Notes under the pieces: model-generated
The model's input: the letters and a program-made list of their open reading frames with translations, nothing else
Databases searched by the model: none
What the model was told of the DNA's origin: nothing
Shown here: piece by piece, positions 11,571 to 23,765 of the stretch
Position numbering within the stretch: position 1 is the first letter of the stretch
How the letters are laid out: each line of letters starts with the position of its first letter
Position numbers and translations under genes: made by a program
Origin: Macrostomum lignano
Lineage: Eukaryota
NCBI GenBank assembly: GCA_002269645.1
Contig: NIVC01000587.1
Location: 372,001 to 436,000, forward strand
Direction: 5' to 3'
DNA: 64,000 nucleotides

Positions 11571-12507
11571 CTGAGACTTGAGAAACTACTTTTATCTCTT
11601 TGTGACAGCTGGGCTCTAACAGCTGGCTCCGTATTTAATTGTGTGACATTCTATTCAGAATCCAAGCATTGTACACCCTTTCCCCTGGCGCCCTGGTTTA
11701 ATCTGCATGGCTGATTGAGAGAGCTCGCTTGTTGCATTTTCTATTTTTCTATGGCATCTGTTCTTTTTTGCTCACAAAATTATGATTACTGCAAATTAAT
11801 GTAAATATTGGCATACAAGCCTTTGAGTACGTGTAAATTTTCACATTTATTTCTACTAAAAACGGTGCATATCCAACACGATTGCTGATGTCTTCTGCTC
11901 GTGCAACAATACACAAATTTTACTTTTAGCCTGAAGGCTATAATTTGTTTTTCGATACATAATGATGTAAATCTGTGGCTCATTTTTAGAGTTAAAAATC
12001 ATTTTAAAAGTACATAGACCCGATGCTTAAAAAATGCCACATACCTGACTCAGCTGCAGGGGGTTTCGGGCATCCGGATGCTGCGGGGAGGCGTCGACGC
12101 CCATTTCGCCAAGCCCTGGCAACCACGAGCAGCTGGGGCTGTGGTGGTGCCGCTGTCCGCAGCGCGGTCCTCCGGAGAGTCCAGGAGGTAGATAGATGGT
12201 CGCTAGCCCGGTAGCCCTTAGATAGCGGGCGAGCTGGTGGAAATTGCCGGGCCTAAAAACGTTGGATAAATCTGTCCGCAACGGCTGTGTAAATCCACCA
12301 GAGGTGGCAGTGGGTGGAGGGTCTCAGGTAGCGCCGAGAGTTGCGATGGTCAAGGATGACCCCCAGACATCTGGTTTATAGTGTCGAATCATAGTGAATA
12401 AAGTCAGCAATAGAAGCATACGAGCTACACTCATTATCAGCGCAATGTGGTCTCGTATCGTGTGTTTCAATGTCGGTTTTTATTGTACAATTTAGGCATG
12501 AAATAAG

Positions 12508-15500
12508 GGGAGTACGAGATCTGCTAGCCGAAATCTGCTAGCCGAAGTTTGCTAGCCGAAATGTGCTAGCCGAAATCTGCTAGCCGAAGTTTGCTAGCGA
12601 GAAATTTGCTTGCCGAAATCTGCTAGCCGAAATCTGCTAGCCGAAATGTGCTAGCCGAAATGTGCTAGCCGAAATCTGCTAGCCGAAATGTGCTAGCCGA
12701 AATCTGCTAGCCGAAGTTTGCCAGCCGAAATGTGCTAGCCGAAATCTGCTAGCCGAAGTTTGCCAGCCGAAATCTGCTAGCCGAAATCTGCTAGCCGAAA
12801 TCTGCTAGCCGAAGTTTGCCAGCCGAAATGTGCTAGCCGAAATGTGCTAGCCGAAATCTGCTAGCCGAAGTTTGCCAGCCGAAATCTGCTAGCCGAAATC
12901 TGCTAGCCGAAATCTGCTAGCCGAAATGTGCTAGCCGAAATCTGCTAGCCGAAATCTGCTAGCCGAAATCTGCTAGCCGAAGTTTGCTAGCTGCCTTGCT
13001 CTCGTAGCTGTTGCATGTTATTTGCTGTGTTTTGATTCCGATTTGAGCTGCTTTGATTCGTACGAGTAAATATATAACTTATATACCATATACTGCCACT
13101 ACCAGCCATTAAGACTGAAAGTTGTCTGTATAGATAAGTTTAAATTTAACTACCTGAACTACAGCTGCCTGAGCTACCTGAACTACGGTCTTACAGCTGA
13201 TAATGCTAAAACATTATCAAATGTCGTACGAGTAAAAAAGGACAAAAAATTATAAATGATTTTGACGATTTCCAAGTGCAGTTTTAGCATATACAGTACT
13301 TAAGATATTTTCCATCGCTTACGGCACTGTGTACAAGCAAAAACTCTATGCAGGTGTGGCCCACAAGCTCTTACCCTGTGATCATGGATGTAATATATTT
13401 ACTTTATTCAATAGTGTTAGCTCGGAGTCGATTATTGAATCACTTTCACTTGACAATCAAGCTGCATGCTCTCGCGGCTTACTTTGCCTTCTTTCGTTCT
13501 TTTTTATTTATTCTTTAGCGCTGCCTTTGCTCATTACAACTCTATGGGTTTGGCCAAAGACAGCATACCGACGCACACACAAGCCGATACTAACAAATAG
13601 CTTGTATATGAACTTTTCAATCCACCTACGTTAAAACCTAAATATTATTTTCTTTTTGTCTATGACGTCATCTACTGATTGCGTTTTAACACGTACATGT
13701 ACGAGAACCCACGGCGAAGGCTAGTTGTCCCATGATTTTGCGGGCCGCACGGCCCACGGAATCGTCAATGTGTGCCCACGATTTTAGTCTATGGCATTTA
13801 TTATTAAGCGTAGAAAAAGATAAATTTATCGAAGTAACAGTACATGCTAGCCAGCATAACAAAAGTACATTTATAAACAATACGTCAATAGCAGAATAGT
13901 TCATCAATGCTTCATCAAAAGCCATGCAGCGTTAAAGATAGAAGCTGAGTCTTACACCGTCTTTCTCAAGCACTGTTTGTCTCCTTTACAAATCGATGGA
14001 TACTAGCCCGAAAGCCACGAATCGTATCCGGTGCATAGGTCTTCGTTCCAAGCGCAGGATTAGCTCGCAGACTTACGTACCAGAGGCGCAGATAGCCGTC
14101 TAAGTAGCTTTCAATGTCATCAGGCAGGTTTTTCTCTCGAAGAAATTTCTTGAACCGATTAATTTGATTCTTAGTGGTTGCTAAGGTAGATGCCGACTTT
14201 GACGACTGTTCAAGTCGTTTGATGTCCTCTAGTTCTTGTACATCTAAGTCGCGATACGAATCTTCCTGAGTCCGTAGTTCCGCCAAAAACGTTTCCACGT
14301 CATTGAGGTCCAGGATTGGCAATCCCGACCACTGATCGACAGACGTCTTCGCGCTCATGGACGCAGTTTGGACATGAATTCCAATTCAGCACTATCCAAG
14401 CCACTAATATCGCCAGTGGCGATTCTTTGCAAATTGATCATGCCTCGTGCTCAATAATTAGTGGTCGTGCTTGTTGACTTCCATATATATATTCGCTCTT
14501 TTCTTCAGGATTCTATCAGCTGTTGCAAAAATACAGTTTAAAAAGCCTGAGTATTACCACAGACTAAAGTGGCGGGCAGGAAAGATTTTGAACGCGGGCA
14601 GGAATGAATTCTGTGCCCGCTAGTTTCGTCTATGGGTAATGCTTAGTGGCGCCCTCGAAATGATGAGACAACACAGTTCTGTCTATGCATTTTCGGGCAG
14701 AAATGAGACGGAATCCTCGGTCTGCGAAGGCAGACCTCGGATTTCGCTCGTTCCTGCCCTCAAATCCATATGTTGTACTCGCGGGCTGCGATCTCGTCTA
14801 GCCCGGTCGTTTTGTTTCCCCGGTGTAGCGGGTTCGGTGCGGGACTGCCCCGGGCGCGCGGCGGAGGGATGGACAGAGGACGAACGACTGGCGCTCCTCG
14901 AGGCGGATGGCCACTCCGAGGGGAAGAGGAAGAGATGCGACCCGGGGCGCACAGGCACTCCTTGGTCACGGAAGGCTCGGGGTACTTCCGCGGTCAGCGG
15001 AACGGATAGCCACTCAGAGCCGGCCCGGGAGTCACCGAGGTGAATGTGGAACGAGGTGAAGGTGAAGGATTGGCCGGGGCGTACAGACACTCCAGACCAA
15101 TCAAGAGATACGAGGTGATGGATTAGCTGGGGCGTACAGACACTCCAAGCCAATCGAAGAGTGCAGGTGAGCAAGGGGGTGAGTAGGTGAAGCGATGAGG
15201 CGGCGAGGATGGAGGGAAGACACGTGCAGAGAGCCCCAAAAAACGCGAACGCAACCCGAATAAACGTAATTTAAGCTCACCGGGCGGGGTCAAATCGACT
15301 CATGCAACGCAGTTTATTTGGCCGTAGTAACTGTTCTGGCAGCTCGGAGACGGCGGGTGGCACGGATTAGCTGGTGATGCACTGTTCGAGAATTCACTGG
15401 GCTCGTGCAGTTTTTTGTACTTTTACAGTAGTTTCACTACTCAGTAGCTGGTGTAGCCCTAACCGAAAACCAAGCAGCGTGCCACCGGCCGGCTCCAAGC

Positions 15501-17020
15501 CAGCTAATAAATAGTATGCAGAAAAAATGGGGGAGTGGGCCAAACCGGCCTGAGCGCAAACACACACAAAACAGAACCCTGCGAGCACCCCACCCTAGCC
15601 CAGCCAATCAAAACACGCGCTGGGTAAGGCTTTACGAACGAGGGGGGGGGGTAGAAAAGCGAGGGTCTGCCGGCCCAGCCAGCCAATCAGAGCACACGTT
15701 GGCTGCCTAAAACCAAAGCCGGCTGAACCAACTCAAACCAGCTAGGCCGGCAGACCGGGCGGTTCGCATGCACCAAAAAAAAACAAGTTGATGAGAAGGT
15801 CATTGTGGCGCAGGCCACAACACATAGACAGAACCATTAGGCGGCAGATTAGGTTGTCCAGATTAAGTCGTCCCCACAACAGATTGCCTTCTTAATTTAC
15901 TCTGACTACCGAGAGCGGGCAAACAAAACAACTTCTTGTCATACGAGTGCTAGCTACAAAGAAATTTCGGATTCAGTAATTTTTAATTGCATTATATTAC
16001 GATACAACAATGCAGGCTGCAATTATTTTTATATATTGCAATTTGCAGATCACTGCTAATAAGCACGACAAAGAGATTAGAGCGAAAAACGCAAATTTAT
16101 TTGTCCTGCATGATAAGTCCTGCAAAGTTTCTTGCGAAATTGGACAAGAAAAAATGTGTCTAGCAAATTACAACTTCGTAAATTGCTGTTCGCCGGTTTT
16201 GGTTAGATTATCGCTAGCAGATTTCGGCTAGCAAAATCCTCGCTAGCAAAATTCCTGCTAGCAAACTTCGGCTAGCAGATTTCGGCTAGCAGACTTCGGC
16301 TAGCGGATTTCGGCTAGCAAACTTCGGCTAGCAGATTTCGGCTAGCACATTTCGGCTAGCAGATTTCGGCTAGCACATTTCGGCTAGCACATTTCGGCTA
16401 GCACATTTCGGCTAGCAGATTTCGGCTAGCAGATTTCGGCTAGCAGATTTCGGCTAGCAGATTTCGGCTAGCAGATTTCGGCTAGCAGATTTCGGCTAGC
16501 ACATTTCGGCTAGCACATTTCGGCTAGCACATTTCGGCTAGCAAACTTCGGCTAGCAGATTTCGGCTAGCACATTTCGGCTAGCACATTTCGGCTAGCAA
16601 ACTTCGGCTAGCAGATTTCGGCTAGCAGATTTCGGCTAGCAGATTTCGGCTAGCACATTTCGGCTAGCACATTTCGGCTAGCACATTTCGGCTAGCACAT
16701 TTCGGCTAGCAAACTTCGGCTAGCAGATTTCGGCTAGCACATTTCGGCTAGCACATTTCGGCTAGCAAACTTCGGCTAGCAGATTTCGGCTAGCAGATTT
16801 CGGCTAGCAGATTTCGGCTAGCACATTTCGGCTAGCACATTTCGGCTAGCAAACTTTGGCTAGCAGATTTCGGCTAGCAGATTTCGGCTAGCAGATTTCG
16901 GCTAGCAGATTTCGGCTAGCACATTTCGGCTAGCAAACTTCGGCTAGCACATTTCGGCTAACAAATTTCAGCTAGCAAACTTCGGCTAGCAGATTTCCTG
17001 CTAGCAAATTTCATAGACCC
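12508..17020. mobile_element. Foldback/Mutator-like non-autonomous DNA element, 4.5 kb, with tandem-repeat TIRs
   Basis: 9-bp TSD TGAAATAAG at 12499-12507 and 17021-17029; GGG termini (gggagtacgagatctgctag vs reverse complement gggtctatgaaatttgctag). Inverted arrays of a 14-bp unit AATCTGCTAGCCGA at 12518-12992 and 16205-17010. Confidence 0.85.
13408..14456 (-). mobile_element. Internally deleted Crypton-like (tyrosine recombinase) element nested in the foldback element
   Basis: ORF 14358-13966 (STLATTKNQINRFKKFLREKNLPDDIESYLDGYLRLWYVSLR...TYAPDTIRGFRASIHRFVKE) resembles the N-terminal core-binding region of Crypton/DUF3504-type recombinases. 6-bp terminal direct repeat TCAATA at 13408-13413 and 14451-14456. 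The catalytic domain was not seen. Confidence 0.65.
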
Positions 17021-17454
17021 TGAAATAAGCAATAATCAATCTTTTACATGATTATGAATGCATTCGGTAATTACAAGTATCAATAGCTAAATGAAGCAAA
17101 ATTAAACAGCGTCTACGAGATAAGATTTTAATAACGAGCAGATGTAGGATTAGGTACATGTACTTAGGACTTCTGATTCTATATAGATTTGTAAAGATGT
17201 CCAATTTATACAGTACTCGTAAGAGAATGGTCGGGAGAGAAATGATGCATCGACTTGAATCTTGCTTGATCTTGTCTCATTATGAGTTGCTGCAGTCGGA
17301 AAGTGGCGGATCCAGGTGGATTCACTGTCGGTTCACATAAGCGATAGCTACACTGTACGTGCGCGTATGACTACGAGCTGTCACCAACTTCTGCTTTCTA
17401 CTTTTTAATACGTCTTTGGGACGTCATTATCATGGTTCTCAATGACGTCGCTAT

Positions 17455-17812
17455 CTTCTTCATGGTTCTCTGGGACAACGTATCCTCCCCATGGTTCTCT
17501 GGGACGTCGCTATCCTCCCCATGGTTCTTCTCTGGGACGTCGCTATCCTCCTCATGGTTCTCTGGGACGTCACTATCCTCCCCATGGCTCTTCTCTGGGA
17601 CGTCACTATCCTCCCCATGGCTCTTCTCTGGGACGTCGCTATCCTCCCCATGGCTCTTCTCTGGGACGTCGCTATCCTCCCCATGGCTCTTCTCTGGGAC
17701 GTCACTATCCTCCCCATGGCTCTTCTCTGGGACGTCGCTATCCTCCCCATGGCTCTTCTCTGGGACGTCGCTATCCTCCCCATGGCTCTTCTCTGGGACG
17801 TCGCTATCCTTT
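17455..17812. repeat. 33-bp minisatellite CTCTGGGACGTCGCTATCCTCCCCATGGCTCTT
   Basis: About 11 copies just downstream of the MATH-BTB stop codon. Confidence 0.9.
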
Positions 17813-17861
17813 CCACGTTCTTAATTTTAGCGGATTTCTGGATCTGCCACTGCCATGGGCA

Positions 17862-20800
17862 CTACTCGGTTTGACTTCCTCCGTCATCCTCTGCGGGTAG
17901 CACGGTGTCCGACGACAATGAATTATTATCGCCCGCTTTTTGGGAGGCGTTCTTAGCTACAGCCGATGTCGGCGGAGGCAGTGGCGGTGGCATTGTTGGA
18001 AGCTGTTCCGAACCAGGTGTCGAAAACTGCATCTCGTCCTTGAAGTCGAGATAGGCCTGCAAGAAGGCTGCCTTGCGCGTCTCGTCGAGCTCTCGGAAGT
18101 GGCGCGCTTCGCGTAGGCCACCGCGCCAGGGCAGGCTGGCCGCGATTCGGACACACTGCTCGGCCAAATCCGGACACTGCAGCGACTCTTGGCACACAAA
18201 GTAGTAGAGTGAAATCCGTTCCGCGTCTGGGGCTGGGTGCTCGCCTAGCTTGCTGAGTAGAGGGGATTAGAACGGGTATTCTCTGTGTGAGACGATCGAT
18301 ATATTTCCATAAATACAAAAGGATATCCTCACTAACTAATGTCTACAAGAGAAGCACCGAGCTTCTGCTAGCCGTTGGTTGAGTTTACTTCATTGCGTAA
18401 CTAATTTTCACGACTATAAACCAATTCAATGCGATTGGGGTGCGTCAGCCGCTTGTGCGCGAGAGTGTGTGCCGCGTTGATTTTACGAATCCATGTGTCC
18501 TTCAAAAGCTAGGATTCAAAAATCGTGCTTTTTATTATACAAAAGAGGCCACGTCCTTACACAGGTTTTAAGACTCCCACTTCCTTAGTGAGTCAAGAGT
18601 GTACTCGTAACTAAAGCACTTGAAGTAAGACGAAGTTCTGCTAACTTTTCCTGGTGATGCAATCACTAATGTAGCGTCGTAAATTTACAACCCTCTATAG
18701 ATGTATAGATGTATTTGGTGCTTACAATCACAGTGTTGGATGATTAACTCGTACAAAATACATGTACGATGATTTTGTCATGGATTAAGGTTTTAAGGTT
18801 CAGTCTGGTCCTCGGCTGTCAGGACCCAAAGTTTTTGCATTTAAATTCTTTCCCTTGTTGTACATTAACGCTTCTTATTGGCTAAGGCAAGGGCAATTAT
18901 TACTAGAAGGTGCTGTTGTATGACAACTGTATGCAGTACGTCTGACCCCTATGGCAAGTTTCAACGGCAGCTTTTAGTGGTCCTTGGGCAGGGGTCGTGT
19001 CCTCAGCTTTGCTCGCTGAGGCGCACGCATTATTTGCTGGGGCGACAGAGCATTTAGAATAGGATGGAAGCTAGCTTTAGCGTATAAAATCTATCACTTC
19101 ACAGGCAATCTTATCTGTATATGTTGTAAGCTTAATAATTGTAAGAAAATTGGGAATTACCTGTCAATGTACTGCATACAGCTCCATGCAAGGCTGTGCA
19201 CCTGGTACTTGGCTGCTAAACGACTCAGCGGCTTTAAAGTTTCGTCGTCCAGAACGTCTGCGTAGCCCGGATACATGAACTGCAGCATCAGGTGCACGTC
19301 CTGAGGTTGTTGGGCGCCGGTTTACAGTTTGAACTGAAGTTCTGGAACTCAATCTACCTGAGAGACACTGAACACGGTGTTGTACACTCTGAGACATCTC
19401 ACCTGAATCCGGTCTTCGCTGAGCACGACCTGGCCCTGCCGGGACTCCAGGCTGTCCGGCCTGGCCAGCAGGGCGGCAAAGTAGTCAGAGTTGAGCGCCA
19501 GCACCGCCCGGTGCACGTGAAAGGTGGCCAGCTGTACGCGCAAGCGGAAGTCGGCGCCCATCTGACACCTGGCGAAATTGTGCCGCCGCTCTGGGTACAG
19601 AAATTGCGACGCGTCGAACACCTGCAGGACGCCGCTGAGCTTCAAGTGTTTGACGCCGTTGATTGAAAAGGCGAGCGCCTCGAGCTCCGAAGCTCTGGCG
19701 AAGCGCGCCCAGCCGCGGCAACTGTCGCGCTGGTCAAACTGGCGACGACCGGCGCTGCGACGCTCAACGCTCCGACCGCTGGGGCCGGCGAGGCGGACTG
19801 CAAATTCGACAGAGCAGCTGGCCGACTCGGCTAACGTCTGCGGCTCGAACTTGAGGTAAAGCGACACGTAGGGATCGGAAGCACGTCCGGACGGTGGTTG
19901 GCTTCTTGATTGGATAGGAATAGAACATGGGAAAGCTGTGCTTGGAGCATTGTTTGACACGTACGTCAGCGTGGTTAATTAGTTTTTACGAGCCTAAAGC
20001 AGATCAATTTATAGTCTGGTGTGCCAGCGGCCCACAGGCTCGATTCCAAATGCAGTCACATTAATTTGGGACTTAATTGGAATCTCGGCTTGGATCTGCT
20101 CGTGGAATTAACGTCCTTGAGAGCCAACCCTCAAGACAAAGTGAAGTGTACGTGTACATGTCTGAGGATAAATAAAGTTAGGGCCGCTGTACACTCCTGT
20201 GTGAGTGTGTGCTGTGCGTTTGACTTGTGTGTCTGCTCAGGGAAGTCGGCTGAATGGGCAGCAATGGGCGGTAATTTAGTTGCCAATGCACTTTACCCCA
20301 ACTCAAATCTCCTCTCATTTACCTGTTGCTATCAGGTGAGTCACATCGCCTCATTCGCAGCTTCCAGTTGACTCGGCCAGCTCTGGAACATTCCTTCAGC
20401 GAGTACAGCAGCCGCGCTCCCGTCTGCACGAGCCGGCGCACGTCCGAGTAGGGGACGTTGATGCCGAACTTCAGGCTGTACAGAGTCAGGTCTCTTGGCG
20501 CCTGCTGCTGCTGCGGTTGAATCTGACCATCGTAGCTTTGAGTAGCGTCGGCTTTGTCCCTAAGGGTGCATGAGAATTCGGTGCAAGCAAAGTGAATTTG
20601 ACTTAATTTACACACACGCTATACGTACATACATACAGTCGATTGCATTGCACCAAACCAAAGCTAGCCTGGCCTAGCATCAGCGCTCATCGTGGGAGTC
20701 AAGATTTTCTTCTTGAGCTCTACGCGAGCTTCCTGCATCCCTGCATGCCTCGGGATGCGGGTTGCAGGACTATTCTTTGATTCCTCAGAAAATGAACCGT

Positions 20801-22281
20801 GAGAGAAGCACAGAACCTACTGATTCAGACCTGAACTATAATATTGTGCACAAATATTACCTTGCCCACAAATGCCACTGTTGCATATGCTGCTGCTCAT
20901 TCAGTTGATGTCGCTGATTCTGAATTGGCTGGTATGAGTGCTTCTGTTGTTGCTCTTGCTGATTGTTCTGCTCCTGCTGATGACTCTGCTGGCTTTGCTG
21001 TTGCTTCTGCTCCTCGTCCTTTTGCTGCTGCTTTTGCAGATCCTCCTGCTTATTTTGTAGATCCTCCTGTTGCTTCTTTTGCAGATCCTCCTGCTGATTT
21101 TGTAGATCCTCCTGTTGCTGCTTTTGCAGATCTTCTTGTTGCTGCTTTTGCAGATCCTTTTGTTGCTGCTTCTGCAGATCCTCTTGCTGGTGTTTTTGCA
21201 GATCTTCTTGTTGCTGCTTTTGCAGATCCTCTTGCTGCTTTTTCTGCAGATCCTGTTGTTGCTGCTTTTGCAGATCCGCTTGTTTCTGCTTTTGCAGATC
21301 CTCTTGTTGCTGCTTTTGCAGATCCTCTTGCTGCTGTTTCTGCAGATCCTGTTGTTGCTGTTTTTGCAGATCCGCTTGTTTCTGCTTTTGCAGATCCTCT
21401 TGATGCTTTTGCAGATCCTCTTGTTGCTTTTGCAGATCCTCTTGCTGCTTTTGCAGATCCTCTTGCTGCTGTTTCTGCGGATCTTCTTGTTGCTGCTTTT
21501 GCAGATCCTCTTGATGTTTTTGCAGATCCTTTTGTTGCTGCTTCTGCAGATCCTCTTGCTGGTGTTTTTGAAGATCTTCTTGTTGCTGCTTTTGCAGATC
21601 CTCTTGCTGCTGTTTCTGCAGATCCTGTTGTTGCTGCTTTTGCAGATCCGCTTGTTTCTGCTTTTGCAGATCCTCTTGATGTTTTTGCAGATCTTCTTGC
21701 TGCTGTTTTTGAAGATCCTCTTGCTTCTGTTTCTGAAGATCCTCTTGTTGCTTTTGCAGATCCTCTTGCTGCTGTTTCTGAAGATCCTCTTGCTGCTGTT
21801 TTTGAAGATCCTCTTGCTGCTGTTTTTGAAGATCCTCTTGCTGCTGTTTTTGAAGATCCTCTTGTCGCTTCTTTTGCAGATCCTCTTGCTGCTGTTTCTG
21901 CAGATCCTCTTGTTGCTGCTTTTGCAGATTCTCTTGCTTTCGCTTTTCAAGATCTTGTTTTTTGCTGCTCCTGTGTGGAAGATTTTTTTGCCCTTGCTGT
22001 TGCTGTCGTTGCTTTTGCTGATTTAGGATGTACTGCTTTTGCAGGTCCAGATATTGCCGCATTCGCTGCTGCTGCAGCTGGCTCTGCGCCGGCGGCACAG
22101 GCAGCTTTCGGTGCTGCTGGTGCTGCAGCTGATACTGCGGTGGTGGCAGCGGCAACGGCGGAGGGGCCTTTGATGTACTTCTGTCGCCAACCGCGGCTCT
22201 GTCGTAACTGCTGCCGTTACCGGCCATTTTAGCCACTTTTTTACCTGCTCTTCTGCCAGCCAAGAGTTTTCTAACACGCAT
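17862..22281 (-). CDS. MATH-BTB (SPOP/TDPOZ-like, putative Cul3 adaptor) protein with Gln-rich repeat N-terminus; exons 22281(or ATG 22227)-20861, 20559-20323, 19904-19403, 19300-19161, 18252-17862
   Basis: Phase-consistent GT-AG junctions (2,2,0,2). MATH-like YVSLYLKF...VEFAVRL...RQFDQRDSCRGWARF; BTB ADFRLRVQLATFHVHRAVLALNSDYFAALL...DVHLMLQFMYP...LAAKYQV; C-terminal BACK-like helices. Confidence 0.85.
20015..20290 (+). mobile_element. tRNA-derived SINE copy (5'-decayed), same family as 55251-55550
   Basis: Shares gccagcggccca..ggctcgattccaaatgcagtcacattaatttggg...ggaatctcggcttgg with the 55.3-kb copy; intronic. Confidence 0.75.
21035..21935 (-). repeat. Coding tandem repeat, ~38 units of 21/24 nt encoding (Q)QQEDLQK
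   Basis: All unit-length variants are multiples of 3 and keep the frame of ORF 22281-20857. Confidence 0.85.
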
Positions 22282-22609
22282 GCAGAATTAAAAATTTTTT
22301 CTCGAGCGCATTTCTCTGCAGTTCAGGCCTGTGCATCTTTTCTATTCACAAGCGTCTTGCTGTGACTGTGTGCTGCGCTTGGGGTGGCCAGACATTGTTC
22401 GAACCGAGGGTGGGGCACAAAATTGCATTTTCTGGCGGCAGGTGTTTGCTACACTTTACCTATGCTTTGCTTTGCGGGGCAGTTCAACGCTTAATACCCC
22501 GAGGTAGACTGCACTCTCTCTCTCTCTCATGCTCGTTGGCATTGTAATTTCGACTATGCATGGATAGATTGACTGCCAAGAATGCTATGAAATCAATTAA
22601 TTATGACTG

Positions 22610-22752
22610 AGGACTGTATTATATGACTGAGGACTGTATTATATGACTGAGGACTGTATTATATGACTAAGGACTGTATTATATGACTGAGGACTGTATT
22701 ATATGACTAAGGACTGTATTATATGACTGAGGACTGTATTATATGACTGAGA
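22610..22752. repeat. 20-bp minisatellite ATATGACTGAGGACTGTATT
   Basis: About 7 tandem copies. Confidence 0.9.
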
Positions 22753-23456
22753 ATTATGTTTACATCTAAGGACTAAGTAGAAAACTTCCACAGCAAATGC
22801 CAAGAGGGTTTGTGCCACGAAACTTGTCAATGACAGTGAATTCCACGCAATGGAGACTTTCTGCGTATATTTAGTCTTCATATATATTGTAAAATGACAA
22901 ATACTTTATTAACTGATAGTGATTACATATGCCGACAAAACAGTTAATATTCGTTGTAAAGTCTTATCACCATCTATTAGTGCCAGCATTGAGTGCGGCT
23001 CAAGACATTTAATAGATTGTAAAATTTTATCTGCAAGTCTGTATTATAATTATAAATGAAGTGCGCGCGTATTGCTACTGATAGTCTGTGGTCAGTAGCG
23101 AGATGAAGATGCGCGAATACTGACGAAATTATTTTTTTCTCAACAAATTCCATCAGTCGGTGGCAAATATTCCATTAAATTTATTCTCCTCAGATTGCTT
23201 AGCAGCTCGTGAATTTGACTGATAACCTCAGCCCGCATAAAGCTAGCTAATTGGCCTTTCTAAAGCCAGGCAAATTGTATAAAAATGAACCTGTCACTTC
23301 CAAATCAACTCGATACTAGAATAGATTCTAATTTCTGCACCGGTTGCGTTTTTCTTGCAAGTTAAAACATTTTAGCATCCCGTCTAGTCACTCTGGAACT
23401 AAAATTAATCTTTCTGTAGTCACTCTAAGAACTATAATTAAACTTTCTGTTTGTTA

Positions 23457-23765
23457 GGGTTGTAGCCTAGTGGTTAGAGTGTCGGACTCACAACTTGAAG
23501 GTCGGGGGTTCGATTCCCGATCCCACTGGAACAATTTGTTTCCTTGAGCAAGACACTTAAACTCTGCATTGCTTCAGCTCACCCAGCTGTAAAATGGGTG
23601 CCAGCATTAGCTGGGGTAATTGAGGGTGGGTGGCGACCCCCCAGTCCTTGGACTGAACAGCCGTACGCAGCCTTCAGATGCGCCGCGCAATAGCTGCGGC
23701 TGAGCTGTCGGTTGCACATCTGGCCTAATTGGGGTGGGTGTAATCAATTATTATTATTATTATTA
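23457..23765 (+). mobile_element. tRNA-derived SINE with V-domain-like core and (TTA)n tail
   Basis: A box TAGCCTAGTGG, B box GGTTCGATTCC, core TCCTTGAGCAAGACACTTAA...CCCAGCTGTAAAATGGGTGCC, tail ttattattattattatta; inserted into a CTAGTCACTCTGGAAC repeat. Confidence 0.8.

Noticed and set aside
12027-12360. Possible LINE C-terminal fragment (VFRPGNFHQLARYLRATGL)
   Set aside because: Only a short loose motif, with no RT or zinc-knuckle frame recoverable; too weak to annotate.
20844-22232. 462-aa AFADPL-repeat ORF on the plus strand and a poly-L/Q ORF at 21115-22026
   Set aside because: Antisense and alternative-frame shadows of the coding repeat; only the minus Q-rich frame splices in phase to the MATH-BTB exons.
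23457-23530. tRNA-Val(CAC)-like gene
   Set aside because: The acceptor and anticodon stems have mismatches, and the sequence continues into a SINE core and (TTA)n tail.
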